This document shows positions 9,170 through 19,318 of a stretch of DNA of 64,000 nucleotides, piece by piece; within the stretch, counting starts at the first letter, position 1, and every line of letters begins with the position of its first letter. This DNA is from Bacillota bacterium. Lineage in GTDB: Bacteria > Bacillota_I > Bacilli_A > RFN20 > CAG-826. The translations under genes were made by a program, and so were the position numbers. Under the pieces are notes generated by a model, which was not told the DNA's origin, made no database searches, and saw only the letters and a program-made list of their open reading frames with translations. Where the stretch lies: positions 13,033-77,032 of the forward strand of contig JAEWMX010000007.1 of assembly GCA_023393065.1 (NCBI GenBank), read 5' to 3'.

Positions 9170-9589
9170 ATGACAGACCAGCAATTCTACATCACAATCG
9201 CCGCTATTGTCGGAGCCGGCATCATCCTTTTTGCAATGACTGGATTTATTAGAATCAAACGCGGCTTTATTGGAATCATCGAAAGAGCTGGCCGCTACAT
9301 CGGCACATATCAAGCTGGGATCTATTATTTTGCGCCGCTGGTCGATCGCCGCGTCGGGTTATATAAGCTCGGCGTCTTGCGGCGTCTTGTCGAAGTCGGT
9401 CGCTATGTTTCTTACTTTCTCGAATACGAAATTATCGATTTCAAACTTTTTCACTACGCAGGTCATGATCTCGACAGCCTAGTTAGACTTGCCTTAAATG
9501 AATCTCCTGAGGACTTGGGGCTGTCACTCAAAACTCGTTGCGCGTTAATCGGCGTACGTTTTATTCGCATTGAAGAACATAAAAAATAG
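9170..9589 (+). CDS. short SPFH/band-7-like membrane protein
   Basis: TM helix followed by IIERAGRYIGTYQAGIYYFAPLVDRRV, which resembles the SPFH N-terminal core. Only 139 aa from ATG 9170; the track start 9107 has no support. Confidence 0.45.
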   Translation: MTDQQFYITIAAIVGAGIILFAMTGFIRIKRGFIGIIERAGRYIGTYQAGIYYFAPLVDRRVGLYKLGVLRRLVEVGRYVSYFLEYEIIDFKLFHYAGHDLDSLVRLALNESPEDLGLSLKTRCALIGVRFIRIEEHKK

Positions 9590-9607
9590 AGGATGAACCT
9601 CTATTTT
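9581..9607. terminator. bidirectional terminator between convergent genes
   Basis: TAGAGG-ATGAA-CCTCTA hairpin with an A-run before and a T-run after. It overlaps the TAG stop of the + gene. Confidence 0.55.
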
Positions 9608-9620
9608 AAATTATATATAA

Positions 9621-10952
9621 TTAAAGAGCGAGTTTTTCAATGTGATCTTTGATTCGACCGCAGACGCCGTTGCATATTTCGAGAGTGCGCGCTTCGGTCA
9701 TCACGCGAACGAGAGGTTCTGTCCCGCTCGGGCGGACGAGAAGCCTTCCTTCTTTGCCGAGCAGAGCTTTCTCTTTTTCGATGAGGGCTTGAAGTCCCTC
9801 GTCTCCTAAAACGGCTTTTTTATCGTTGACTTTAACGTTGATTAACACCTGCGGAAAAATCGCTAAATCTTTCTTCAGTTCGTCTAAAGAATAACCGTTG
9901 CCGACATATAAAGTCATCATTTTGATGGCGGTCAAAATACCGTCTCCCGTATTTAGATCGTGAAAGAAAATGACATGACCAGATTGTTCACCGCCCAAAG
10001 ATAAATCTAACTCTTCGAGTTTGGCTTGAACATATTTATCGCCGACATCAACTTCAATATATTGAATGTTATGGCGTTCAAGAGCTAATTTAAGTCCCAA
10101 ATTGGACATGACAGTGATGACGACGGCATTGTTATCAAGTTTTTCGCGATCGAGTTTGGATATCGCCGTCATGTAGATCATCATATCGCCATCGATCACT
10201 TCTCCGTCTTTGACGACCAGCAGGCGATCGGCATCTCCGTCAAAGGCAAAACATAAATCATATGAATCTTTCTTACTATGTTCAATGATGCTTTCAAGGT
10301 GGGTGGAACCACATTTTTCGTTAATATTTAGTCCATTTGGGTTATTGTTGATGAATTCCGCATTGATACCAAGGCGCTTGAAAACCTGTGGAGCGATGTT
10401 TGAGGCCGAACCGTTTGCACAGTCGACGAGAATGTGGAGATTTGCAAAATCAAACTTAGCTTTCGAGACGAGGAAATTGACATATTCTTCGCGGAGATCG
10501 CTGCCGTCGATGAGCGCTCCGAGTTTAGCACCACTAAATTTCGGAAGGTGATCGGTTGGCGAATCCATATATACTTCAATTAATTCTTCGATGTCTGAAG
10601 ATAATTTTTTGCCTTTCGCATCAAAGATTTTGATGCCGTTATCGTAGTATGGATTATGCGAGGCGCTGATCATAATGCCATAATCAAAACCTTTGGTTTC
10701 GACAATATAAGAGATTGATGGTGTTGTCGAGACGCCTTCATCATAGACGTGTCCACCGCTTAAGCGAATCCCTTCGATGAGGGCGTCTAATAGTTTTTTG
10801 CCAGAAATTCTCGTATCGCGAGAAATTATGATGCGATTTTGCTTGCCGTTCGGATATTGTCCGATGAAGCGACCGATCCGATATGCCATCTCAACTGTCA
10901 ATTTTTCGTCAACCCGCCCGCGGACACCGTCCGTTCCAAAATACTTTGTCAT
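9621..10952 (-). CDS. glmM: phosphoglucosamine mutase
   Basis: Active-site SASHNPYYDNGIK, FDGDADR, GGEQSGH; 443 aa. Confidence 0.92.
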   Translation of the reverse strand: MTKYFGTDGVRGRVDEKLTVEMAYRIGRFIGQYPNGKQNRIIISRDTRISGKKLLDALIEGIRLSGGHVYDEGVSTTPSISYIVETKGFDYGIMISASHNPYYDNGIKIFDAKGKKLSSDIEELIEVYMDSPTDHLPKFSGAKLGALIDGSDLREEYVNFLVSKAKFDFANLHILVDCANGSASNIAPQVFKRLGINAEFINNNPNGLNINEKCGSTHLESIIEHSKKDSYDLCFAFDGDADRLLVVKDGEVIDGDMMIYMTAISKLDREKLDNNAVVITVMSNLGLKLALERHNIQYIEVDVGDKYVQAKLEELDLSLGGEQSGHVIFFHDLNTGDGILTAIKMMTLYVGNGYSLDELKKDLAIFPQVLINVKVNDKKAVLGDEGLQALIEKEKALLGKEGRLLVRPSGTEPLVRVMTEARTLEICNGVCGRIKDHIEKLAL

Positions 10953-10967
10953 TTGATATTTCCTCTA

Positions 10968-11753
10968 TTATTCGTCGCCTTCCTCAGGAGTTTCCATCAT
11001 ATACTCTTGGAAAACTCGCAAGAAGGTGTCGACTGTCACTGGTTGAAGTTCGCCGCGATAAGCGATAGATATTCTTCCCGTCTCTTCGCTGACGACGATA
11101 GTCACGGCATCGGACATCTCGCTGATGCCGATCGCAGCTCGGTGCCGCGAACCGTATTTTCCCGTCAGCGGTTTAGTCGTCGGCGTGAAGTAGACGCTAG
11201 CCGCTAAAATGGTATCCCCACGAACGACGACCGCTCCGTCGTGAAGGCGTGTACCGGGATAGAAAATAGTCATGATAAGCTCGGCTGAAACCGGGGCGTT
11301 GACCAAGGTTCCAGTCTTGATGATATCAGTCAATAACATATTTTTTTCAAAGGTGAGCAAAGCCCCAATCTTCTGCTTGCTCAAAGCCAAGATGGCATCG
11401 CCAACTTTTTTATACATAGCTTCGCGATCGAAAATTTTCTCTGTCGTTTTCGGGCGGAAGCCAAAGATCGTTTTGCCTTTGAGTTCACTCGCGATGAGCG
11501 GGCGAATGCGGCTGATATTTACAAACATGACGACGGTTGCCGAAGTCGTTAAGACTATAGCTAAAATCGTCTTTAACAGCTCGAGCGAGAAAAACCATGC
11601 CGCAGCGAGGGAGATAACGCTGATGAGGGCATAGAATAAAACAAATTTGCGATTAGTTATACGATAAAGAAGAAAGGAGAAAAAGAGAGCGACCAGAAGA
11701 CCTAGACTTAAATCGACCCACGTCGAGATCAAGGTAAAATCAGGCATTGTCAT
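10968..11753 (-). CDS. cdaA: diadenylate cyclase CdaA (membrane-anchored DAC domain)
   Basis: Three N-terminal TM helices. DAC motifs HDGAVVVRGD and GSRHRAAIGISE. Confidence 0.9.
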   Translation of the reverse strand: MTMPDFTLISTWVDLSLGLLVALFFSFLLYRITNRKFVLFYALISVISLAAAWFFSLELLKTILAIVLTTSATVVMFVNISRIRPLIASELKGKTIFGFRPKTTEKIFDREAMYKKVGDAILALSKQKIGALLTFEKNMLLTDIIKTGTLVNAPVSAELIMTIFYPGTRLHDGAVVVRGDTILAASVYFTPTTKPLTGKYGSRHRAAIGISEMSDAVTIVVSEETGRISIAYRGELQPVTVDTFLRVFQEYMMETPEEGDE

Positions 11754-11759
11754 AGCTTG

Positions 11760-12251
11760 TTACCTTGCCCAGCGATGGGCGAAACGCGATGCTGCGCTGG
11801 CGGCGATAGCGCCGACGATATCGTCGAGAAAGGTGTTGCACACTCCCGTTGATTTTCCGTGGCTGTTTAAACTTTCGATAATTCCATATTTCTTTTTGTC
11901 GATGAAGCCAAAGTTCGTTAGAGCGATCGATCCATACAAATTGCATATGCCATATGCTATGACCTCATCAACGCCATAAAGACCTTCGTCGCGCATTAAA
12001 ATCGCTTCAAGATCCTTGTCGAACATCTTGCCGCTTTCGGCTAGTTTGTCGAGTTCGACGGCCGTCATAATAGCTAATTGAACTTCGCGTTTAGCAAGGA
12101 CGCTTAACACCGAATCAAGCAGCTCTTCTTTGAGCAAATCGACATGATAATCGGCTTGCAAAAAACGCGCCGCATCAGCTATATCATTTAAAGTCACGCC
12201 TCTTTCTTTCAGCAAATTAATACATTTTTGGCGATAATCTTCCATATTCAT
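11760..12251 (-). CDS. phosphatidylglycerophosphatase A family protein (YutG-like)
   Basis: LYGSIALTNFGFIDKKK and NTFLDDIVGAIAASAASRFAH resemble my recollection of B. subtilis YutG/PgpA-family proteins. Confidence 0.55.
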   Translation of the reverse strand: MNMEDYRQKCINLLKERGVTLNDIADAARFLQADYHVDLLKEELLDSVLSVLAKREVQLAIMTAVELDKLAESGKMFDKDLEAILMRDEGLYGVDEVIAYGICNLYGSIALTNFGFIDKKKYGIIESLNSHGKSTGVCNTFLDDIVGAIAASAASRFAHRWAR

Positions 12252-12505
12252 ACCCCGTTTTGTTAGTGTTCTTATTGTATTTTAGCAAAGTTAATTCATT
12301 AATTAAAGCGCATAAGGTTTGCGAAAAAGAAAACTAAAAAAAGAACGGGAATTCGTAGAGTTTATTTTCAAAAAATTTTTTTGGACTCGCTTTCGTTCAA
12401 ATATTTTTAAAAAACGCGTAAATCTGGTTAAAAATCATTTTTTACATATATTTTGTACTAATCTAATATTTATCAGCATTTGTGCCGCTGAGTTCATTTC
12501 GGAGC

Positions 12506-12579
12506 TGGAGCACCTGACGGGAATCGAACCCGCGTACCTAGCTTGGGAAGCTAGTGTTCTACCATTGAACTACAGATGC
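12506..12579 (-). tRNA. tRNA-Gly(CCC)
   Basis: Reverse complement GCATCTGTAGTTCAATGGTAGAACACTAGCTTCCCAAGCTAGGTACGCGGGTTCGATTCCCGTCAGGTGCTCCA. Anticodon loop TTCCCAA. Confidence 0.88.
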
Positions 12580-12659
12580 ATCGCCCATATTATAGGTTAG
12601 AAAAGAATCCTTTTCCACAAGCAAATAAAAAGCCTCTTGCGGAGGCGATTTATAGCGAA

Positions 12660-12735
12660 TGGTGGATGCTGAGGGGATCGAACCCCCGACCTTCTGTACG
12701 TCAAACAGATGCTCTCCCAGCTGAGCTAAACATCC
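12660..12735 (-). tRNA. tRNA-Val(GAC)
   Basis: Reverse complement GGATGTTTAGCTCAGCTGGGAGAGCATCTGTTTGACGTACAGAAGGTCGGGGGTTCGATCCCCTCAGCATCCACCA. Anticodon loop TTGACGT. Confidence 0.88.
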
Positions 12736-12751
12736 AACTGGATTTAAAGGT

Positions 12752-12828
12752 TGGTGCCGACTATAGGAATTGAACCTACAACCTACTGATTACGATTCAG
12801 TTGCTCTGCCGGATTGAGCTAAGTCGGC
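12752..12828 (-). tRNA. tRNA-Thr(CGT)
   Basis: Reverse complement GCCGACTTAGCTCAATCCGGCAGAGCAACTGAATCGTAATCAGTAGGTTGTAGGTTCAATTCCTATAGTCGGCACCA. Anticodon loop ATCGTAA. Confidence 0.88.
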
Positions 12829-12884
12829 ATGCGCGGCTTAATAATAGTAAAATATATCAAGCCGCATTTCAAGTGATAAATACT

Positions 12885-15581
12885 TTATTTAACGTTCGCT
12901 AATTTTCTTGTTTTGCTCTTCTTTTTAACAAACTTAATCAAAACGATAATTTCATGAATGACAAGCGGTACGACCGAGAGGGCTATGACATAAAGCCATT
13001 CGACGAGCGTGAGTTGAGCGGTGTCAAAGAAGTCTTCGAGGAAGGGAATTTCGGTGATGAGAATTTGCATCCCTAAGCCAAAGATGAAAGCGACTAGCAA
13101 TAGCCAATTTTTCGATTTGAAGACATGAACGAAACTCTTCTCCGTATTGGTCATGCCGATCATGTGGAAGAGCTGAGAGATGCCGAGGACGCTAAAGGCG
13201 GTGCTTTGAGCAAGGCGAAGCATCGTCGGTTCATTCGTGACTTCGATAAGCTTAGCTAGGGTAAAAGGCAAATCGTTCTCGATGATGTGGAGCGTCGGGA
13301 AAAGCAAGAAGCCAAATAAGGTGATGATGGCTATGACAATTCCGTAGGTGATAATAAAGAAATATCCTCCTCGAGCGAAAAGCGATTCCTTTTCATCGCG
13401 AGGTTTATCTTCCATGATGTTATCAGCCTTTTCATCGGAGCCGAGGGCGATGGCCGGTAGTGAGTCGGTGATGAGATTGACCCACAAAATATGGATTGCG
13501 ATCAATGGAACTGGAAGCCCGAGAACGATGCCGACGAACATCGAGATGACTTCGCCGATATTGCTCGAAAGGAGGAAGTATACGGTCTTTTTAATATTGG
13601 CGTAGATACCGCGGCCTTCTTCCACGGCTTTTTCAATCGAAGCAAAGTTGTCATCGGTTAAAACCATGTCGGCAGCCCCTTTGGCAACATCCGTGCCGGT
13701 TATGCCCATGGCGATGCCGATATCGGCAGCTTTAAGCGATGGGGCGTCATTGACGCCGTCACCTGTCATGGCCGCGATGAATCCATTCGCTTTAATGGCT
13801 TTGACGATGCTGACTTTATTTTCTGGAGAGACGCGAGCGAAGACGCGAACGGTTTTAACCGCCTGCTGCAATTCTTCAAAACTCATTCTTGATAATTCGT
13901 CACCGGACAGAACTTGTGATTCGTCTTCGGCGATTTTAAGTTCGCGGGCGATGGCGAGGGCCGTGTCGCGATGATCACCGGTAATCATGATGGTAACAAT
14001 ACCGGCTTTTTTAAAGATAGCCACCGCTTCGCCGGCTTCTGGGCGAGGTGGATCGACCATGCCAACCAAGCCGACAAAGGTCAAATTATCCTCACTGAGC
14101 TCTGAGCTTTCCTTATAGGCCAAGGCCAGAACGCGGAGGGCGTTGCGGGCCATATAGGCACTGCCTTCGCTGATTTGCAGCAAATCATCTTGGGTAATCG
14201 GACGGACTTTTCCATTAATTAGTATGTGAGTTGTGTGCTTGATTACCGAATCGAGGGCTCCTTTGGTGAAGACAATCGCGCCACTAGCGTGCTCGTGATG
14301 GGTCGACATCATCTTACGGACGGAATCAAAAGGCAGTTCGTTGATGCGCGGATGCACTCCCTCAAGATCTTTTTTGCGAAGACCGAGTTTATTGGCAAAT
14401 TCGACGAGGGCGATTTCGGTCGGATCGCCATAGACGCCACTATCGATTGAGGCGTTGGAACAAAGTGACATACCGCGCGCAAGAAAAGATACACTATCGC
14501 TACCAAAATGTTCCGGATTGATGATTTCGTGATCGACAAAAGCCCTGACAACTGTCATCTTGTTTTGCGTCAGGGTTCCGGTTTTATCCGAGCAGACGAC
14601 AGAGACGGCACCGAGCGTTTCGACGCTTGGAAGACGGCGGACGATGGTATTGACTTTTACCATTCTTTGGACGCCGAGGGCAAGGACGATTGTGACGACA
14701 GCTGGCAAGCCTTCAGGAACGGCGGCAACCGCTAACGAGATGGCTGTAATAAACATTTCAAGCGGGTCGCGCCGCTGAATGAGAGCGACAGCAAAGATGG
14801 CGACGATAATGACGATGGCGATAATACCTAAAATCTTTGAAAGATCAGCCAAGCGCTTTTGCAACGGCGTCGCTTCTTCTTTTTCATCGGCGAGCATCTT
14901 GGCAATCTTGCCAATTTCGGTCTTTTCGCCCGTGGCGACGACGATGCCTTCGCCATGACCATAGACAATGGGGGTCGACATGTATACGGAATTGATGCGG
15001 TCGCCAACGCCGACCGGCTCAGAAAACTCAACTTTGTAATCTTTTTCAATCGGGGTTGATTCCCCGGTTAGAGATGATTCATCGGTTTTAAGATTATATT
15101 CCTTAAGCAGGCGCATATCTGCTCCGACGGTGCGCCCTTCTTCAAGAACGACGATATCGCCGACGACGAGATCTTCAGCTTTGATTTCAAAGACTTTGCC
15201 ATCGCGTCGCACAGTCGCGGTCGGGGAAGATAATTTTTTTAATGCCTCAAGAGCGTTTTCGGCTTTGACTTCTTGAATTGTGCCGATCGTCGCGTTGAGC
15301 AAGACGACAGCCAAAATGATGATGACGTCAGCCCAGTCATCATGCCCTTCGCCAAAAATCGTGACTAAAGCCGATATCAAAGCGGCGGCTAAAAGCACAT
15401 ATATCATCGGGTCGTGCAACTGCAGTAAAAATGACAAAATAATGCTTCGGCGCTTTTTCTCGACTAATTTGTTCTTTCCGTTTGCTTCAAGTCGCTTGCA
15501 AGCTTCTTCGCTTGTCAGTCCGCTTCGCGGATCAACCCGATGCTCGGCTAACAGCTCGTCAATCGTTTTTGTCTCATACAT
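12885..15581 (-). CDS. P-type IIA cation-transporting ATPase (Ca2+/Mn2+ efflux type)
   Basis: [13 protein letters not shown] phosphorylation motif, PEGLPAVVT (TM4), [21 protein letters not shown] hinge; 898 aa. Preceded by a Mn2+ riboswitch. Confidence 0.9.
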   Translation of the reverse strand: MYETKTIDELLAEHRVDPRSGLTSEEACKRLEANGKNKLVEKKRRSIILSFLLQLHDPMIYVLLAAALISALVTIFGEGHDDWADVIIILAVVLLNATIGTIQEVKAENALEALKKLSSPTATVRRDGKVFEIKAEDLVVGDIVVLEEGRTVGADMRLLKEYNLKTDESSLTGESTPIEKDYKVEFSEPVGVGDRINSVYMSTPIVYGHGEGIVVATGEKTEIGKIAKMLADEKEEATPLQKRLADLSKILGIIAIVIIVAIFAVALIQRRDPLEMFITAISLAVAAVPEGLPAVVTIVLALGVQRMVKVNTIVRRLPSVETLGAVSVVCSDKTGTLTQNKMTVVRAFVDHEIINPEHFGSDSVSFLARGMSLCSNASIDSGVYGDPTEIALVEFANKLGLRKKDLEGVHPRINELPFDSVRKMMSTHHEHASGAIVFTKGALDSVIKHTTHILINGKVRPITQDDLLQISEGSAYMARNALRVLALAYKESSELSEDNLTFVGLVGMVDPPRPEAGEAVAIFKKAGIVTIMITGDHRDTALAIARELKIAEDESQVLSGDELSRMSFEELQQAVKTVRVFARVSPENKVSIVKAIKANGFIAAMTGDGVNDAPSLKAADIGIAMGITGTDVAKGAADMVLTDDNFASIEKAVEEGRGIYANIKKTVYFLLSSNIGEVISMFVGIVLGLPVPLIAIHILWVNLITDSLPAIALGSDEKADNIMEDKPRDEKESLFARGGYFFIITYGIVIAIITLFGFLLFPTLHIIENDLPFTLAKLIEVTNEPTMLRLAQSTAFSVLGISQLFHMIGMTNTEKSFVHVFKSKNWLLLVAFIFGLGMQILITEIPFLEDFFDTAQLTLVEWLYVIALSVVPLVIHEIIVLIKFVKKKSKTRKLANVK

Positions 15582-15604
15582 AATGGGCTCTCCTTAGATT
15601 ATGA

Positions 15605-15690
15605 TTTAAAGGTCTTGCTCATTACTGGCCTAGTTCCGGGCGTGATGCCGTACTGACGGAAAGAAGGCTTCGCTACTCCCCTTTAAAGGA
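15605..15690 (-). ncRNA. yybP-ykoY (Mn2+-sensing) riboswitch
   Basis: Minus-strand RNA reads UUUAAAGGGGAGUAGCGAAGCC...GUAAUGAGCAAGACCUUUAAA. It has the conserved GGGGAGUAGCG and GAGCAAGACC loops, closed by an 8-bp P1 (UUUAAAGG/CCUUUAAA). About 21 nt downstream sits the AAGGAG RBS of the ATPase. Confidence 0.8.
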
Positions 15691-15759
15691 ATTTACTTGA
15701 CTATTTTATAATAAAATAAAGTGAATTTCATTAATTTACTTCAACAAATGCGACTTTGC

Positions 15760-17385
15760 TCATACAGTTAGTTGCTCATAGCGAGAACCCGTGTAATCCT
15801 CGGGGTTGATGGTGTGATCAGGGTCATTAGTGAATAGTTCGCCGACTAAGTCGCGCGGATAGACGGCGATGCCATCGTCACCGGTCTCATAAAGGAAGCC
15901 AAGATAGTCTTCTTCGGGATTATAGTCACTGAAATAATCATAGGCTTTATAAATCGACTGATGAAGAACGACATAGTCGACGATGGCGATAGTGTAGTAT
16001 GTCGAATTGTTGAGCGAAGAATAGTCTTTCACGCGATAAAAATAATTAAAAGAGGCTTGATTTTTAATATTTCTTCCAGTCGCACGAACAATATAAATAT
16101 AATTATCAAACGGTAATCCTTTAAATAAGTCTCCGTAGGTGACGGTGCCGCTGGGAATATCGCTGCGCCCGACATTTGTCATCGCAAAATCAATCTCATA
16201 ACCATTTTCTTCGGCTTTCATGGCCGCGGCGTAATTGGCCATGTTCGGCAGGGTTTCATAGCGAGAGAGTTTGCTTGTCAAACTCCCATAAACTTGGTTT
16301 TTATCGATATTGGATTCGGCCGCGTAACCATCGATGATAGTTTGAACCTCGCTATCTTGAGAAAGTGAAGATAGTTGACCTTCGTATGTGTTTTGCGAAG
16401 ATAAATGGCTAACTTGTCCATTTGCATAATTGTAAGATAGTTTGATATTCGAAACATATTTACCATTCGATCCACCTTGAATAAAGGGGACGCCATTGAC
16501 GACTTGTTGTTCAACGCGATGTGTGTGGGAACAAAAGACAGCATCGACATAGTCACCTTCCGGTATTGAGTAATCAACTTCGGATTGGCCGGCGTGAATC
16601 GACAAGACGACAATGTCGACTTCTTGCTCTTCGCGAAGCTCGACGCTTAGATCTTTAATAATTTGGGTCGGCTCTTCAAAGTAGAGATTTTGCATATAGC
16701 GGCTGTTTATCGAGGTGATTTGGCCTTGTCCGATGACGCCGATGATGCCGATTTTGAGAAAACCGCGCTCGATAATTGCATATTCTTCGCCGATCGAAGA
16801 TTTTACGCTTGTATTAGGGTATTCCATGATATTAGCGCCCAAAAGAGGAAAATCGGCCCACCCGACATTATCGAGAATATCGGCTGTGCCCCAATCAAAC
16901 TCATGATTGCCGATCGTCATGGAATCAAAGCCGATTTCATTCATCGACTCGGTCACGGCGCGACCGCGATTGTGGTATGCATCGTAAGAACCTTGATACA
17001 TGTCACCTGAGCTAATTATGACGGTATTATCAGGTTTATCATCTTTTTTATCTTTAAGATAAGTTGCCACTCGTGCGAGTCCTGGTTCGCCAAAGTAGGC
17101 ATCGGGACTGATGGCGCCGTGAAAATCGTTTATCGCATAAAAATCGACGACTTCTGTTCCGCTTGTCGGCCGGTCAGAACCACTGTGCGAAGAAGTGTCG
17201 GAATTCGTGTCTCCGGAAGTGTCTGAGCCCGTGTTGCTAGAGGTGTCAGAACTAGAGTTGTTAGATGTATCGTGGCTCGAATTCGAAGAAGTGTCGCCCG
17301 AGACTTCTGAGCTACTTCCAGAAGGATTTACGCACGAAGACAAAAGCAAAATGGTAATCGCTAGTATGAATCGTTTATTTTTCAT
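15760..17385 (-). CDS. bifunctional metallophosphatase/5'-nucleotidase lipoprotein
   Basis: Lipobox LLSSC and a ~55-aa S/D/T-rich linker. Calcineurin-like motifs AINDFHG, SGDMYQGS, GNHEFDWG, plus a C-terminal 5'-nucleotidase-type domain. Confidence 0.8.
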   Translation of the reverse strand: MKNKRFILAITILLLSSCVNPSGSSSEVSGDTSSNSSHDTSNNSSSDTSSNTGSDTSGDTNSDTSSHSGSDRPTSGTEVVDFYAINDFHGAISPDAYFGEPGLARVATYLKDKKDDKPDNTVIISSGDMYQGSYDAYHNRGRAVTESMNEIGFDSMTIGNHEFDWGTADILDNVGWADFPLLGANIMEYPNTSVKSSIGEEYAIIERGFLKIGIIGVIGQGQITSINSRYMQNLYFEEPTQIIKDLSVELREEQEVDIVVLSIHAGQSEVDYSIPEGDYVDAVFCSHTHRVEQQVVNGVPFIQGGSNGKYVSNIKLSYNYANGQVSHLSSQNTYEGQLSSLSQDSEVQTIIDGYAAESNIDKNQVYGSLTSKLSRYETLPNMANYAAAMKAEENGYEIDFAMTNVGRSDIPSGTVTYGDLFKGLPFDNYIYIVRATGRNIKNQASFNYFYRVKDYSSLNNSTYYTIAIVDYVVLHQSIYKAYDYFSDYNPEEDYLGFLYETGDDGIAVYPRDLVGELFTNDPDHTINPEDYTGSRYEQLTV

Positions 17386-19318
17386 TTATCAGTTTTCTTA
17401 ATCCTTGCAAGATTTCAAACATCGCCCAAGTATCTTGCTTACAATATTCAATCATATTGCGATATGTTTCTTCAAAGGATTTTCCTTCCAAACTCTTAAG
17501 GCTCATAAATGCCGATTGGGCTTCGAGACCGTTGTGCACTTCCTGGAGATTGGCGTAATTGAGGCTCGGAGCAAAGATGGGAAGTACTTTCTTAATTGAA
17601 AAAGAACGCTGCAAAGCTTCGCTATAATAGTTGAAATTACATGGTTTGGTCTTAAGATGTCGATATTCCTCGCGTTGCTTTTCGTTTGGTTTTAAGATGT
17701 TCATCAAATCGAATACTCGCTCATTAATCGAAGTCAGCTCCGTGGCGTATTGAGGAAAAATGCTAATGAGCTCTTTAATGCGCGACTTTTCAAAAGCGGC
17801 GTTATAGACGATGACCGTTCCTCTTTCGCTTGCCGGTATGTGCTCGACGAGCGATTTAACCAATTGTTCGCGGTCATCGCCCTTTCCCGTAGATAAAAAT
17901 GAGATATTGTCTTTCTCTTTATCGCAGACACCTGGCTGTCGCTCGATGTGTAGCGAATACTGAAATAGCGATTGCTGATAGGGTTTTTCGCCTCTAAACA
18001 TCGGAAGAGGATAATTCATCGTCTCAAAGTCGAGATGAAAAAGAGGATATTCTAGCGCTTTAATAAAGGCGGCAATAAAGTCCTTCTCAGCGAATGGCCG
18101 GCCTTTTTTAATAACGTCGTATTGGACTTTTTGCGTTTCATTAAGCCACTCATAATCGATATCTAGGGCATGTGTGACACCGCGATAAATCAATTCTTCA
18201 ATCGTCTCTTTTGGGGCTTTTTGCTGGCCTTCGCTCGCTGGTCCAAAGCCGCGATAGCCATTAATGTAGACATAGAGCGAATTCTTATCTGGAATCGAAA
18301 AATCCTTTTTGCATATTTTGGTCCAAGGACATTCTTGATAGCCTTTGCCAATCATGCACTTACTGGCCTCGAGAGCGACCCGCCGACGATCGGGGTCGTT
18401 TATTCTACCGATGACGGTCTCTACATCGCGCTCGACGATGATTAGCAAGTCTTTTGTCACCTGCGTCAAGTCGATGAAGACGATGGTATCATCGGCATTG
18501 TAAATATTTTCACCGCTCTCGTCTTGGCGGCCGTCAAATACATATTCATCATTTAAAACGGCGAGGTAGTAACGAAATTCGCGGGTGTCGCTCGTGGAAT
18601 TTTCAATGATGTATCGCTGCCAAGCCAAGTCATAAACATAGCGTCCCATATTGTCGAGGCGATTGAGCAGCTTTTCTCGATTTTCATAATATTTATCAAA
18701 AGGCTTAAAGTCTTCGAAATCTTCAATCAGGCGCATGACGCCAAAAGGCGATTTGTCAAAGAGAGGAAAATGGACTTTTTTTATCGTCGGTCCGAGGTCG
18801 GCAAATTTCTTTGAGGTCGTCGCCTTCGTCTCGATGATGCGAACGCTCTTGTCGTCTTCTTGATAGACATCGACATACGAAGTGAAATTAAAACCGTATT
18901 TAAAGAGGTTGATGAATCGCTGTCCGATGACCTGTTCGTCTTTACGGACTCCGGAAATTACCTGACCTCCATAGAGGTGCTGAGCTTTATGCGCAGCTAA
19001 TTCTTCGATTTTAAAATAGGTGGAAAGCATCGCCTTAAGCGCTTGATCGTCTTTGAGTAAACTGTCAAAATCGCCGCTTTCAATCTCAACTTCGCCTTCG
19101 CTATTTCCATTCTCGCTGGCATTGATGATATCGAGGAATAATTGGCGGAGTCTCTCGCGCGTTTCTTCTTCTAGAATCTTGGCTTTTGCACCGTCGTCGA
19201 TTTTTGCTAAATCGCGCTTGTAATCGCGAACCAAAGCCGCCGAGTCGCTTTCGAAGGCGGCCGCCCTTACACATCGAAGATATTTTAGAAAGTTTGTCTT
19301 AGATACGCGATTTGTCAC
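17375..19318 (-). CDS. DUF2779-like protein: Cas4-like PD-(D/E)XK nuclease domain fused to a DEDD (DnaQ-like) exonuclease domain
   Basis: GTG start with an AAGGGGA RBS. N-terminal half: YVDVYQEDDKSVRIIETK (D...ExK) plus Cys16 and CMIGKGYQECPWTKIC. C-terminal half: HLDFETMNYPLP...YQQSLFQYSLH, VYNAAFE, YCKQDTWAM (Exo I/II/III-like). Confidence 0.55.
   Translation of the reverse strand: MTNRVSKTNFLKYLRCVRAAAFESDSAALVRDYKRDLAKIDDGAKAKILEEETRERLRQLFLDIINASENGNSEGEVEIESGDFDSLLKDDQALKAMLSTYFKIEELAAHKAQHLYGGQVISGVRKDEQVIGQRFINLFKYGFNFTSYVDVYQEDDKSVRIIETKATTSKKFADLGPTIKKVHFPLFDKSPFGVMRLIEDFEDFKPFDKYYENREKLLNRLDNMGRYVYDLAWQRYIIENSTSDTREFRYYLAVLNDEYVFDGRQDESGENIYNADDTIVFIDLTQVTKDLLIIVERDVETVIGRINDPDRRRVALEASKCMIGKGYQECPWTKICKKDFSIPDKNSLYVYINGYRGFGPASEGQQKAPKETIEELIYRGVTHALDIDYEWLNETQKVQYDVIKKGRPFAEKDFIAAFIKALEYPLFHLDFETMNYPLPMFRGEKPYQQSLFQYSLHIERQPGVCDKEKDNISFLSTGKGDDREQLVKSLVEHIPASERGTVIVYNAAFEKSRIKELISIFPQYATELTSINERVFDLMNILKPNEKQREEYRHLKTKPCNFNYYSEALQRSFSIKKVLPIFAPSLNYANLQEVHNGLEAQSAFMSLKSLEGKSFEETYRNMIEYCKQDTWAMFEILQGLRKLINEK

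Noticed and set aside
12319-12773. Track ORFs 12319..12600 and 12576..12773 on the + strand.
   Set aside because: They run antisense across tRNA-Gly(CCC) and tRNA-Val(GAC) and AT-rich promoter sequence. They have no RBS and a low-complexity translation, so they are spurious.
17190-17330. Short periodic DNA repeat that could be mistaken for a repeat array or CRISPR-like structure.
   Set aside because: It lies inside the 5'-nucleotidase coding frame and simply encodes the S/D/T-rich lipoprotein linker. There is no spacer-repeat architecture.
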